A stretch of 64,000 nt of DNA from Blepharisma stoltei ATCC 30299 (lineage: Eukaryota > Protista > Ciliophora). The DNA lies in contig CBFDEM010000046.1 of assembly GCA_965603825.1 (NCBI GenBank), positions 310,001 through 374,000 of the forward strand, given 5' to 3'. Made by a program: the position numbers and the translations under genes. The notes under the pieces are model-generated. The model was given only the letters and a program-made list of their open reading frames with translations, was not told the DNA's origin and searched no databases. Below, piece by piece: positions 1 to 13,302 of the stretch (its first letter is position 1; each line of letters begins with the position of its first letter).

Positions 1-1
1 G

Positions 2-910
2 CAAAATGGTGCAAATCTGTTAAAACACACTCGAAGGTCAATGCCACACATAAGAATGTTTCAGTTGACGCCTGATTTGAAGTACCTCATATGATACACT
101 TCAGCAAAATCTCAAACAAAATCTTCAGTTCCTTTTCAGCATGTCACACAAATTTCAATAGGACAAACTACACCTAACTTTGGCAGGTACCCACTTCCTG
201 TACTAAGCCACTTGTCGTTTTCTTTGTTTTATGATGGAAAAACACTTGATTTGACCTGTAGAGATGAACGAGAATTCGACTTCTGGGTCGCTGGGTGCAA
301 AGCTCTCTATTTTCATTACCAAAGCATGCTGGTCTCCAAACAAATTTTATTAGGCCATTCTAGGCGATTTAATGAATTTTTACAAGCAAATAAGCTTGGC
401 TTAGCGACCTCTTCTTTATATCAAGAGCCAGAAACCAAAAAACTTGAAGAGTGCATTATCCGCAAAAGACTCACTCGTGAAGAAGCTTCTAATAAACTGT
501 TAAAAAACAGAGAAAAAATATCAAATTTAGAAGACACTATTAGAGATTTGCCTGAAATAGAGTCTCCTATGATGAATAAAATGCCAAGCAGAAGCGCATT
601 TTCTAGTGATTATGTAGAAGTGCTGTTAGATGATGAAGGGATGGATGAGGTGTATAACACCCAAGAAAATAGAATGCATGAGCTATTGAAATCTTGCAAA
701 GATAGAGTGGAAGCGCTTGAAAAGGAATTTTCCAATATGTATGGAGTTCCAGCCTGGGAGGAAAATAAGGAATTTGATAGCAATTTGTGAAAATTAGAAG
801 TTGATGTTGAAAATCTAAATGATATAGTAAAAAGAATGGAAGATCTTGCAAAGCCAAAACTTACTGATAGGGTTAAATCATGGTTTAAATCAAAAGTCTC
901 ATTTTTTTAA
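2..910 (+). CDS. PLC-type PH-domain protein with C-terminal coiled coil (5' partial)
   Basis: Frame open from the window start: GANLLKHTRRSMPH..FQLTPDLKYLI[TGA]Y..GQTTPNFGRYP..SFSLFY..LDLTC..FWVAG resembles the PH domain of PRAF/PLC proteins. TGA 92-94 sits at the conserved LIW. Reads through TGA 788-790 to TAA 908-910. Confidence 0.8.
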
Positions 911-1131
911 TTAAGGTAAAGAAATTAGCTGATATCACAAAATTATGTATATAAGCATTGGCAATTTTATTATTATATTTATATTTAACTTATAAAATAT
1001 TCTGATTTTTGAATTAAATGAGGAGTCGGGAATATGAATTTATTAGAATTAATAGGGCTTTAATGAACAAATAAAATCTCATTTTTAATCAGAAAAAAAT
1101 TCATTTGAGATTTAGCCTTATTTATTGGCTT

Positions 1132-1401
1132 TTAAGACGATGATGGTGATTTTGGAGGTTTTGCACCAAAGTTATGAAAATCAGGTCTTGGGGATGGTGT
1201 TACTCTTGGAACTACTTGAGGAATGTCATTATTTTTTTTGAAATTTGGCGTACCTTCTTCTGACATGGGTACTCCTGATGCTGTCTGTGGTGAGCTTTCT
1301 TCATCTGGAAATACTTTTTTACCAAAAATCTTGTGTGAGAAAAAATAATCATAAGCAACAAGTGAAGTTAGCCCAGTAAATGCAATTATTGTGCTTGTCA
1401 T
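1132..1401 (-). CDS. small protein with N-terminal hydrophobic anchor, unknown function
   Basis: ATG-to-TAA ORF flanked by AT-rich spacers; hydrophobic N-terminus, Pro/Ser-rich tail. Confidence 0.6.
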   Translation of the reverse strand: MTSTIIAFTGLTSLVAYDYFFSHKIFGKKVFPDEESSPQTASGVPMSEEGTPNFKKNNDIPQVVPRVTPSPRPDFHNFGAKPPKSPSSS

Positions 1402-1654
1402 TTATATTTATTTTCGGTATCTTAATTCACATATTTGCTTAGAGAAAAAACACTACAGTATCTTAAATAGTTCATGAACCATATAATAGACATATTTTAT
1501 ATAGAATTACGTTTTATCTAACTATTGCCTAAGTCTTAAATGCATAAGATTCTCTTTAATAAACTATTATTTTTTTATCAAATCCCTTTGATTATATTCA
1601 ATAATTTCAAATTTCTTAATTTCTCATGGTTTCAGAATTACATTTCATTAATAA

Positions 1655-4600
1655 ATGGCAGCTGCTTGGAGAGGTGAGTATATGACCAGCTCTGCACGTT
1701 CTCAAAAATATACCGGACTTTGCAATCAAGGAGCTACCTGCTATATGAATAGTTTACTACAATCGCTTTATATGAGTCCTGAGTTTCGCAAAAAAATCTA
1801 TTCATGGACTTATGATGAGAAAAAGCATGGTGACAAAAGCTCTTGCATTCCTTTTCAATTGCAAGTTTTATTTGGAAAACTTCAAATTTCCGGAGCGCCT
1901 TATATTGATACTAAAGCTTTGACTAAAAGCTTTGGATGGGATTTAAGAGAAGGTTTCCAGCAGCACGATGTGCAAGAGTTTTGTAGAGTCCTATTCGATG
2001 CTGTCGAAGAGAGTATCAAAGGAACACCTGAGGAAAATCTTATTAACACGCTTTATGAAGGAATTCTTACTGACTACGTCAAATGTTTGAATTGTAAAAA
2101 CCTTTCAAAAAGGCACGACACATTTTTGGATTTATCATTGACTGTGAGAAATGAGTTCGATAAAATTTATAATGATTCTGTTGAAACTGCATTAAGAAAT
2201 TATACAAAACCTGACAACTTAACAGGTGATAATAAATATTTCTGCTCTCACTGCAATTCAAAGCAAGATGCGTTAAAAGGCCTCTCGATTGAAAGATTCC
2301 CTTACATTCTTGTCCTTCAGCTGAAACGTTTCGATTTAGACTACAACACCATGCAAAGAATCAAACTTAACGACAAAGTAACCTTTCCTCAAATTTTAAA
2401 CGCAAACCCTTATATTGGAGAATGGAAACCCTCAGTCCCTCAAACTGCACCAGAAGAAGAAAAAGACGACGAAGAAGTCAAAGAAAAGGACCAAATTTCC
2501 TTTTTTAAGCCTCCAGAAAACATTGATAACCTTGAGCTTAAACAAATGAAAAATTCTAATTTGGAGTATTTAAAAGACGACCGTGACAAAAAACCTTTGC
2601 AGATGGATCAAATGGTAAAAGATAGAATTATTAACCACCAGACAGAAGAAAGAAAAAGAGTCCAAAGGGAAGAAATTGAAAAATATTATATTGAAGGAGA
2701 ATATGTTTATGAATTATTTTCCATTATGATTCATTCAGGGTCAGCGATGGGAGGCCATTATTATGCTTATATAAAATCCTTTGAAGACTCAAAGTGGCAC
2801 AATTTCAATGATAGCACAGTTACAGAAATTGAAGAAAAGGATATCAGAAAAGTATTTGGCGGCGAAACCAGCACAAAGTCATGGAGCTCTAATTACTCTG
2901 CAAATGCTTATTTACTTATGTATAGAAAAGTTTCCCCAGAAAACATCATAAAAATTGAAGATTATGAAGTCCCTTCATATATAAGAGATGAGCTTGTTAA
3001 TCTTAAAAATAAAGAAACTGTTGAAGCAGCCCAAAAGGAAGAAAAATATAAGACGTGGACTATAAAAGTTTATCACAAGAAAAAAGAAATCACGTTACAA
3101 ATCAAAAAAGACAGCCCATTTGGGGCAATAAAAGAAGAAACTATAAAGCAGTTTGGGATCAATGATGTTTTGCCTGAAAATATGAGGATTCGTGGATATT
3201 CTATGTACTATGACATTTACCAAGAAGTTTATGACGAAACAAAAACAATTGAACAACAGCAGATTTGGAACTATAAAGTCATGGCAGTAGAAACAAAAAA
3301 CCCTAATGATGAGTGGCTTCAATATGACCCTAACAAAATCACAGTAAGAGTAAGCTTATGAACTCCAGAAATGGCTGACGAAACCAAGTCTCTTGACGAA
3401 AAAACTTCAAATCCTAACAAAATCCTGGTCGATAAAAAAGAAACAGTCAGCTACTTATTAAGCCTTTTAGAAGAAAAATTTGGCATCCCTGTCCAAAATC
3501 AATGCATTGTCAAAAAAAGCTATATGGGCATGACAACTAAGCCAGAATTCGTAAACTCTCCTCAAAATATCAATAATTCTTTATCATATGCCAAAATTTA
3601 TGAAGGAAGCGCTATATATTTAGAAAACTGTGACAGCATTGCCCACTCTAAATGGGCTGAGCAAATTGAATTAGAGTCTAAAAGATATACAATAAAATTC
3701 AACCATCCAGACGATCAGCCAAACGCAATAAATCAGATGGATTATTCTTATTCTGTAGTAATCGATTGCAATTCAACAATGCTGCATCTTAAAGATTCTA
3801 TAGGAGAAAAATTAAAACTGCCTGTAGATGGGTTTGTTATGAAGAGAGGTGGCAAGCATTGCCAAGAAATAAAAGATTTATCATTAAAAATCATCCAAGC
3901 AAATTTAGTCAATAATTCTGTCATTTATATAGAAAGAGGAAAGCCTACCAAAGCTAATGAATATAGGGTTATTTTTTCGATTGCGACTCCTGCTAAAGAA
4001 AATGATGGGGATGCAACACTTAATAGGTTCATTGATGTTTTTGATATCCCACTAGATGCTGGGACTAATGTTTTTGATTTAAAGCAGCAGCTTTGTAAGA
4101 AGTTTAATGATATGTATCCATCTATGGAACTTGAGGCTAAAAGAATTAGGCTGAGAGAAAAAAATACTGATAGATTGTTAAGGGTTTTCAGAAATAATGA
4201 TCCGCTGAGGAGTTATGCGATGTACGAGAAAAAGAATGTAGCTATACAAATCTTGGAACAGGATGAAGAAGAGGTTGGGCAAAATCAGATTATTGTGGTG
4301 GTAAAAAGGTGATTCCCTTCAACTTGGGAATTATCTGCAGCTAAAGAGCTTGTTGTCAAGAAAAACTCAACTTTGGAAGAATTTGGACAAGTTATAGCTG
4401 ACACTTATGATATCCCAGTAATTTTTATTTAGTACGAAAATTTAGAAATTTCAAAAAATAACTCCACTTGGAATTTTTTCAGAACAGACCTCAAAAAAGA
4501 AACCTTTTACAAGACCAAAAACATGCTTGGGTCATTAACCCAAAGTCCATGGTATTTAACTCTTGACGGCAGCTTATTTTTGTAATTCTTATTCAGCATC

Positions 4601-4852
4601 AAAGACTCCACTGAGCAGATAAGAGATCTGACTCCAGAAGAAAAAAAGAAATATGAAAAAACGAGCTATGGGTCAAGCAGCGGCTATGGAAGCGGACAAA
4701 CTTGGGTTTATAAGCCACCAAAAGAAGAATCAGTCAAAATTAAAGTGAAAAAACAAACCGTAGAAGATGGAAAAGAGCCAGATCACGATGAAATCGAAGA
4801 GAAAAACAAAGAAGATGCTGAAGAAGCTATGGATATGGAAGCATTAATCTAA
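1655..4852 (+). CDS. USP47: ubiquitin-specific protease, USP47/USP7-like, with C-terminal ubiquitin-like region
   Basis: Cys box GLCNQGATCYMNS, QHDVQEF, His box HSGSAMGGHYYAY, FND. TGA=W at 3359 and 4310. Two 15-nt introns (4418-4432, 4582-4596). C-terminus PWYLTLDGSLFFIKD..LTPEEK resembles the USP47 C-terminal region. Stop TAA 4850-4852. Confidence 0.88.
4418..4432 (+). other. 15-nt spliceosomal intron
   Basis: GTAATTTTTATTTAG; removes an in-frame TAG from the USP gene; A at position 10. Confidence 0.9.
4582..4596 (+). other. 15-nt spliceosomal intron
   Basis: GTAATTCTTATTCAG; removes an in-frame TAA; A at position 10. Confidence 0.9.
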
Positions 4853-4889
4853 TTATTAAGGATATTTTCAATCAGATCACAATAATAAT

Positions 4890-5333
4890 ATGGAATTTCT
4901 ATTGATTTTTCTAGGTATACTGTCAATAGCTTTTTTTTACTTGTACAAAAACAAAAAAATCATTCTTTCTGCCAAAGGTAAAGACATCAAAGTCATTTTA
5001 GTCGTGAGAAATGACTTAAACATGGGAAAAGGAAAAATCGCTGCACAATGCTGCCATGCCTGTTTAGGACTTTATAAACGGCAGATTATCAGAGATAAAT
5101 CAAGCATAGATTTATGAGAAAAAGAATACGGGAAAAAAATCGTTGTTAGGTGCAATGATGAAAAAGAAATGTTTCAAATAGCAGAAGCAGCTGAAAGAAA
5201 AGGACTAGGGACATATATTGTGTGTGATGCGGGCTTTACACAAGTTGCCCCAAATTCTAATACAGTTTTGGCAATTGGTCCAGCATCAAGTGAGCAGTTT
5301 AAAGATATAACTGGACATTTAAAATTACTTTAA
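4890..5333 (+). CDS. PTH2: peptidyl-tRNA hydrolase 2, N-terminal membrane anchor
   Basis: [20 protein letters not shown], [TGA=W]..[34 protein letters not shown]. Confidence 0.93.
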
Positions 5334-5381
5334 TATACATTTAGTTTTTCAATATGAATTAAAAAATAAATGGAGATTCGT

Positions 5382-6899
5382 TTATCTGCTTTTGACTGTA
5401 AAGTTGTTAATGCTTACACTTTTGGACCGAGAAAAAAGAGGTCTTAGAATAGAAAGGCGCTTAGGCTTTGTATTTGTATTTGAGGAGTCAAGCTGCTCTG
5501 TTATAACAGAGTTTGGAGTATAAAGTGGTCTCATTGACTCAACGTACTCAAATGAATCATTATTTGAAGGATTTTTGGTTTTAAAGCTTTGAGAGCTTAC
5601 ACTTGCATTTTTTACAATAATTGGAGGAGGATCATCAATATTGTCAATAGGTGTTGGAACTGGCTGTATTTTGTATGAGCTTTTCCTGGAGATTTTCTTT
5701 TTGTGTTTCTTTTTAGGAGGATTGGTATTTGAAACATCATTGGTGTTACTAAATGAAAAAGGCTCAATAGTTAAAACTTGGCCTGTTTTGTCGCTAGCAC
5801 TTATATCAGCTTCATTCATTATTTTATTGTCTTTAGGGACATATAGAAGATCAAGAGAGAATCTGATTATCATAGATAGTGCACCTCCTCATCCTATTCA
5901 AATAGCCAAATTATTCATCCCTGTTGCTGAGTCCCAATATTTATTGTCATAAATAATTGGAATTAATAACAGGAATATCTCTGAAATATGATAAATTATG
6001 GTGAAAATGTTGTTTCTTTTGCAGAAGTATGGAGTAAATACTATGATATAAGTCACTATATAAAATTTACCAATAAAAGCTTCAATGCCTAGCATTAAGT
6101 AGCACTGAACATAAGGATGCTCATATAAAAATACAAAAATCAACCCAAAGATAATTCTTGACATTATAAATAAAGGATAATAGAGCCGCGATAGCTTGGA
6201 ATTTTCATTTAATTCCTCATTGAAAAAATTGTAAAAGTTTTTGTTGTCTTTATTTTTATAAATTGCAATAAGCATTAAATAGAGACTCACAAAATAAAAA
6301 ATTCCAATAATAAAAGATAGGCAATCACAAGCAATACCGAACGCCGATGATGAATTCTCAATATTTTGCAGATTTAAATACCCATAAATAGTGAAATCGA
6401 GACTTGCTGCAGTAAAATATCACGACAGAATTGTATATTGTCCCATTGCTTTTTTGAAACTTGCTCAAAATAAAGGCAAAAATAGAAAAGCTATACACAA
6501 TAAAACAAAAATAAATAACCATTCTTGAGCATTGTATAAAATCAAGCTTGTTTCTATTCTCATAAAATCAAAATTAGGCTGCTCAGGCTTTGGATGTTTT
6601 TTGCCATAATAAATATAGCCCTGGTATAAATAGGTAAATTGTTTTCAAAATTCTTTGTAAAATTCTGAAGTTGAAAAATCCAGCAATGGGATATATCTAG
6701 CCAATTGCAAATAAGTCACCAATTGGGTAAAACCTCCATGTACACCTTTATGATCTTGGTATAAATATGCAAGAATAAACATCAAAAATCATAAAGCACA
6801 TATAGTAAACATTGTGGCCAGTCCTAGAACATAACCGTCTTGCTTAGTTTCAGCACTATAAGCAAAAACTCCACTTATTAGAAAAATTCACGTTTTCAT
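5382..6899 (-). CDS. multi-pass membrane protein with disordered C-terminal tail
   Basis: One open frame from ATG 6899 to TAA 5382 with several TGA=W; signal-like N-terminus and many hydrophobic helices; probable stopless intron at 6056-6070. Confidence 0.75.
6056..6070 (-). other. probable in-frame (stopless) 15-nt intron
   Basis: Minus strand GTAAATTTTATATAG matches the intron pattern (A at 10) and interrupts a TM helix with a Lys-containing insert. Confidence 0.6.
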
Positions 6900-6915
6900 T
6901 TATAAATTTCTTAAA

Positions 6916-8109
6916 ATGGTTAAAGGCCTTGCAAAGCTTGTTCAATCTTTAAAGAAAGCTAAAGATGTCTCTCAAACTCTTGAAATTTTGGATCAAACTC
7001 CCAATGGCATGCTGCATGAAGGTCCATCACTTGGAATTGAGATGATAAAGCTAGCAGCAACAAAGTACAGCAAAAATGATGAAATTTTTCAAGTATTAGA
7101 AAGCCCGAAATTCTTTAATGCATTTCGTGGTGATAATTTTTGATTATATTTAAACCACTTGCTTCAGAATAAAAAATCACAAATGAATACAGATTTTTAT
7201 TTGTCTTTAGAAAAGAAAATAAATAAAATGACTTCAGATGAATTAACATGAAGAGGAATTGGAAATGCATGGAAAATTTTTGCGAAATATTCAATGATTC
7301 CTTCATTTCAATGCATAACAAAGCTAGAAGAAGAAATTATTGACAGAAAAAAAGAATTTGACTTGGCCACCTATGGAATAATCATGAATGCTTATGCTAA
7401 CCTTAGGATTTTAGAAAATCCTGAGCATAAAAACCCTCAAAGGTTTATGAAAGAAATGATAACAAAAAAGAAAATTGATGAAGGCGAGCTAAAGAAACAG
7501 TCAACAATGGTTTCCTTGTTAGGGATAGCAAAATCTCTGTGTCTTATGCATTATTTTAGTGATACAAGCCTATGGCTGAGCTATTTTAAAAATATAGCAG
7601 ATGCTTACAGCAGCGTAAAAGATGAAGCTACGCCTTGGAAAGCTGATATCGATATGTCTCTACTGCACTTAATTGATGCTCATCAAACTTATGCGGCAGA
7701 AAATATGCAAGAATACCAAGAAATGCTGAGCCCAATTAAAGAAAAATGCATTTATGACCCTACAAAATTAGCCAAAACAAATAAATTATCAGATTGGGAA
7801 AAAAGCATTGAAGGAATTCTCAAGAAATTCTCATTGAAATATGAGGCTGACAAAATCGTTAGTGACTATTACACTGTTGACTATTTTTTCGAACCCAATA
7901 TCGCTATAGAAATATATGGGCCTATTCATTTTTTAAGGAAAATCACTGGAGAAAGCACAAATTTACTAAAGGGAAAATCCATATATAAATCTCAGCTTCT
8001 AGGTGCAAAAGGTTTGAAGATAATAAGAGTCCCATATCATTTAAAGGAAGACACAGAAAACTACATAGTAAAAGAATTACAAATTTTAGGGATTTTAAGT
8101 AATCTTTAA
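6916..8109 (+). CDS. RAP-domain protein (FASTK-like, probably mitochondrial RNA-binding)
   Basis: Frame continuous through two TGAs. C-terminal YTVDYF..IAIEIYGPIHF..KSQLLGAKGLKIIRVPY is a RAP-domain pattern. Confidence 0.75.
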
Positions 8110-8137
8110 TTATGGAATACATTTTGAAAAATTAAAC

Positions 8138-9379
8138 ATGAGGGAATACATATACCAAAAATTAGTATGGCTTGACGAAAAACACAAGGTCTTAACACCA
8201 CTGAAAGTAGCAATTGACTCTTTACTATGAGACAACCCTCAAAATGGCTACTGCTATGAGCTATCCTTAGTAGTTGGAGCCCGGACGAATAGCTCAGACC
8301 CATCATCAGTCACTGTAATGGTATTAGATTCGATAAGTGACACTTTTTTATTCCATCAGTTTTGGCTTGCAAACCCTTCAGAAGCCTCTGAATTAAAAGA
8401 AAATTTGCTAAATTTTACAATAGATGCTGCAAATCAAAGAAATATCGCTATTTTTATGAATCCGATTTCTGGAAATAGAAATGGTCGCGACGTGTGGGAT
8501 CAGCAATTTCAACCAGCACTGAGATTTACACCATTTCGCTATTCTTTATTTGAAACAACCGATCATGAATATATAGAAGAATGGGTGCAAAATCATGATA
8601 TCAAGCAATTTACAGATATGGTCTGTTTAGGAGGGGATGGGACTTTACATCTTCTTATTACAGCTATTGAAAAATATTATCCTGGGTTTCTTGAGGACTT
8701 TAAATTTGGAATTTTGCCTACTGGCTCAACAAACTCATTAGCGTGTGAGCTAGGCGCAAGAAGTATAAAGCAAGGTATTTTAAATATCATTAAAGGGCAT
8801 TCTTCAAAAGCTGACCTTCTTAAAATAAAATTGGATTCCCAAGAAGTGCTTTCCACATGTGCATTGGTATGGGGAGTACCTAGTGATATCTGTAACGACG
8901 CACAGAATTATCGGTTTTTAGGCTCACTCAGATACGGAGTTGTAGGCTTTATGAAATTTTTTAGAAAGTGAAGGAAATATAAAGGAAGGCTTGTCTATGA
9001 AAATGATGCAGGAGAAAACGTAGAAATGTCAATAGACTATGTGTTCGTTATTGCAAGTAATCACAGAACCCAAAATTCTGCCAACAATGAAATGCTGACT
9101 CCATTTGGTAGAATAAATGACGGCTTTATTGACGTCCAAAGTATGGTCTACGGTAGCAGATGAGATATTATCACTTTTCTAAGAAAATCTGCAAATAAAG
9201 GCTCACACACTAATTTATCATTTATCCAACATTTTAAGACAAAAAGCATCACAATTGAGCCCGCAGATTTCCCTATATTCAATATAGATGGGGAGATTTA
9301 TAATTCTTCTAGAGCTCAAGTCCAAATTATTCCACAAGCTATAAGATATTTAGGAGCTTTATATGATGATGGTAAATAA
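8138..9379 (+). CDS. sphingosine/ceramide kinase-like (DAGK catalytic family)
   Basis: IFMNPISG, CLGGDGT, LPTGSTNSLA, NDGFID, NIDGE motifs; three TGA=W; ATG 8138 in frame; TAA 9377-9379. Confidence 0.88.
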
Positions 9380-9405
9380 TTTTCTAATGATAATTTATTG
9401 TAGAA

Positions 9406-10782
9406 ATGGATGCACCTAGATTTCAGCCTTTTGGCTTTAACCAACAATCTCAATCGCAGGATACCCAAGGATTTAACGTCAGTCAAGTCCCGAGTTCTAT
9501 GAATCCTTCAATGCAAAATCAACCAGGAAATTACTCTTCGCAATCTAATGGCTACCCTCGACCTGGCCAATTTATTCCCGGCCAGCATCTACAATCTATG
9601 CCTTTTGAACAAACTAGGCCTTATATATCAGAAATCCAATATCAACAAAATCAGCAATCTTCAATGCCGCCAAGTTTTATACCTGCTGGAACTATGAGTC
9701 AGATCTCAGGAAACCCATCAGGAACAAATCCTTCTATGCCAATAATTCGACCTCCTTTCGCTCCTAAACAAGATGCTCAGCCTTTAAATCCTCTTACTAT
9801 GCCTCCATCACGCAGTATTACTCCTTATAATCCTCAAGGTAACAGTTTCTCATCTCCTCCTCCCATTTCTGGAACACTAACGCCAACTAGCAGACCTTCT
9901 CCTGGTATTAATCCTCCATTTTCTTCATCACAACCTCTACCTTCAGGAATCAATCCTCCTTTTAATTCTTCTCCTGCAAATAGCCAAAATCTTCGCTTTC
10001 CTCCTTTCTCCAATGCTCCAGCAAATCCCTCACTTCGATTTCCAGCTTTTAACACTCCTGGCAACAACGCTCAAGGACAATCATTCCAGCCAGGCGGCTC
10101 AGATTTTTATCCTTCTCAACCTCTGAACCTATCAAATCTACCTCCCACTCAGCAGCCAACTCAAAATTATACAGAAAACCAAGCTATCAATCAGCCATTT
10201 AAAAGCACTCCTTTAAATCAGCCTTTTAGCATTCCTTCTTCATCACCCAACAACCCTCCACCTTTTTTTCCAAACAGTTCTCCGCTTCCTTTAAATAACC
10301 CTGCACTTAATAAAGCTGAAATCCCTCAAAATCCCTCAACTATAATACCTCCTCCTGAAGATAATTCGCCATCTAGATGAACTTTTTCTACGTCTGGGCT
10401 TAGCAAAGAATTTAGTAAATCTGAAACTAAAATTATTGAAGCAGCTTTTAGAGAAAAAAAAGATCATTTAATTTTGGAATCGAATGAGGGTACCTTTTTA
10501 ATTGATTTTAAAAGCATGACAAGAAGAAAGATCGATAATAATGGTGAGCCGATAAATAGACAAGGCGGAGGGGTTTCATGAAAATGGAAAAATGAAGATG
10601 GAAGTTGAAGAGACTACTCACCTGATGACATCCAAACCATTGAATCAGGCTATCAAAATATGCAAAAAAATGGAGCACCTACAAGTATCACCTTAAATGG
10701 CAGATATACAATTGATTATTTGACGCTTAAACAAGTTAATACAAAGACAAACTTTGGCAGAGAAATTAAACGGTATTCATAA
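9406..10782 (+). CDS. Pro/Gln/Ser/Asn-rich low-complexity protein with C-terminal tandem WWE domains
   Basis: After TGA 10378: W.F..EFSKSETKIIEAAF..FLIDFKSMTR, then VS[W]KWKNEDGS[W]RDYSPDDIQTIESGY..YTIDYLTLKQVNTKTNFGREIKR, a WWE consensus. Stop TAA 10780-10782. Confidence 0.85.
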
Positions 10783-10796
10783 TATGATAAAAACTA

Positions 10797-12011
10797 TTAA
10801 TCTTTTAATAAAATTTCTGTTGGCTTTATGCTGGCTTTATCATCGTCTATAGGTTGGCGATATATAAAAATGAGTGGAAGAAAACTAATCAGCACCAAAG
10901 CTGAAATCGCCCATAGTCCAGTTAAATTTGTGAGCTCATAAAAATACTGTACAGGGTAAGTATAAATGGTCCCTAATAAATTGGCCATGAAAAATATCAT
11001 ATTTGTGGTAATTGATTCTTCGATGCTTCTATCTTCTATGACAGCTGCACTTATGCCTAAAGGCAAATGGCCGATTAGCATAGCGCCAAGAAATCCAGCC
11101 CCACTTATGGAGAGTGGAAAAATGGCTCTGATAAAAGCCCAAACAACTGTAGATAAAATTGACCCAATTAAGAATATTCTTAATGGCTTAGTAATAGAAA
11201 GGTAATTTGCTACCAAATAGGTGGCAATTAAGCCTCCTATCATTCCCATCATAACCATATCGAACCCAATTCATCCCACTTCTACAGAGCTTAGTCCATC
11301 TGGCTCCAGAATGACAAAAATAATTGCAATCACTGTATATCCTGCCCCAATCCCTGAGCTGGAGCATAGGACGATTCACATAATCATCTTATTTTTTAAC
11401 GCTTTTTTGAATCCTTCGACTAAGCTTTCAGATTTTTGGAAACCTGGCTCTTTTTGTGAGAAAATTATATTCAGTAGAAAAAATACGCTAGCAAATATTG
11501 CATGCCATAGATTTATCATATTCATATCATTAAGATAAGGACTTGCAATAAAAGATGCTCCCATCCCTACAAAATTGCTGATACTTCCTATGCTTGTAGC
11601 TAAAACCCATTCATTTTTAGGAAACCACCTTACTGCTAGAGGTGAGCAGCCTGCTAAAACAGGAGCATTTACAGAAGCTATCAAAAAGATGCCAACACAA
11701 GCAAATGCATAATTATCAAATGCTAAGTATTTTATCCAGCATCCTATAAAGGTAAAAATTCACGCTACAGTCATTGACCAATAGTAAGAAATTCCAAGTC
11801 CTCAAGATGCAAGAGGAGCAAGTGGCAGATACATCACTAGAAAACTTACTGCAAACAGGGACACTAAATCTGTGCTAACATTGTAATATTTTTCAGCGAG
11901 GTCATTAACAGGAGCCAAAGCGCAATAAGTGACTCCATTAATAAAGCTTACAGCAAAATAGAGAATTAGCATCACCCAGCGACGTTTGGAGAAGTTTGTG
12001 ATGATTGTCAT
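10797..12011 (-). CDS. MFS transporter, FLVCR/SLC49-like (tandem paralog A)
   Basis: RRWVML start, APV..AEKYY, LAVRWFPKNEWVLATSIG motif, many TM segments; continuous with TGA=W; 1215 nt. Confidence 0.85.
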
Positions 12012-12087
12012 TTTAATTTCAACAATAGTAAAAATTTTTGAGATTATAAAGATGAAATAATTGAGTTTTAATAATAATATATTCAAT

Positions 12088-13302
12088 CTATTTTTCTAAT
12101 AAAACTTTTGATGGTGCATCTTGTGTGTTTATCTGTTGTTTGTCTACTCCTATAGGGCTTTTATAAACAATAGCAAGCGGTATGAAGCTAATGGCCATAA
12201 GAATCGTAATGGCCCACAATCCTGGCGCATTTGTTTCTTTATAAAAATACTGTATTGGATAAATATAAAACGCTTCAAGCAAATTTGCCATAAAGTAAAT
12301 CATATTTGTGGTAATTGATTCTTCGATTGTTTTATCTTGTATAACAGCACCGCTTATTGCTAATGGCACATGTCCAATGACGAGCGTCCCATGAATCGCT
12401 GATCCAATCATCGAATTTGGAAAATTTTCTTGTATAAGTGCTCATAAAATAACAGATAGAATCGACCCATACAAAAATATTTTCAAAGGTTTTTCTAAAG
12501 AATTAAATTTGTGTGATAAATAAGTCGCAATAAATCCGCCGACCATCCCCATCATAACCATAACAAATCCTATTCATCCGACCTCCATTTCACTTACATG
12601 ATCTGGCTCAAGAATCACAGCCAATATTGCTATAACAGTAGAAATTACAGCCAGCCCAGAACTTGAACAGAACACAATCATCATAATCATTTTATTTTTC
12701 AGAGCTTTTATAAAACCTTCTTTAAATCCTCCTGCTTTTGCGAACGCAGGATCTTCATGCGAAAATATAAAATTAATTGCTAAAAATACAGTTGAAAAAA
12801 TAGCATGGAATAGATTTATTGCATCAATGTCGTCTAGATAAGGATCTAGAACAAATGAAATTCCCATGCCTATAAAATTACTAATACTTCCTATACTAGT
12901 TGCTAACACTAATTCTTCTTCATGAAAATATCGAATTGCTAAAGGTGTGCAGCCAGCCATCACGACTGAGTTCATGGATGCTACAAGAAAAATTCCAATA
13001 AGTGCAAGCGTATAATTCTCAAAAGCCAAATACTTTATCCAGCATCCCAAAAATGTAATCACCCATGCAAAGATCATTGATCAGTGATAGGAAATTCCTA
13101 AAGACCATGAAGCAGCTGGTGCTAAAGGAATATACATTATAGAAAAACTCAACGCAAATAGAGAAATCAAATCTGTATTTACTCCATAATAATTTTCTGC
13201 TAGTTTATCTACAGGATCTAGAGCACAATATGTGGCTCCATTAATAAGATTTATTGCAAAATAAAGCATGAGCATCACCCACCTTCTTTCAGTCAGTGCC
13301 AT
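12088..13302 (-). CDS. MFS transporter, FLVCR/SLC49-like (tandem paralog B)
   Basis: Clearly paralogous to 10797-12011 (RRWVMLMLY, LATSIGSISNF, IEESITTNM); same 1215-nt length; TGA=W. Confidence 0.85.
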
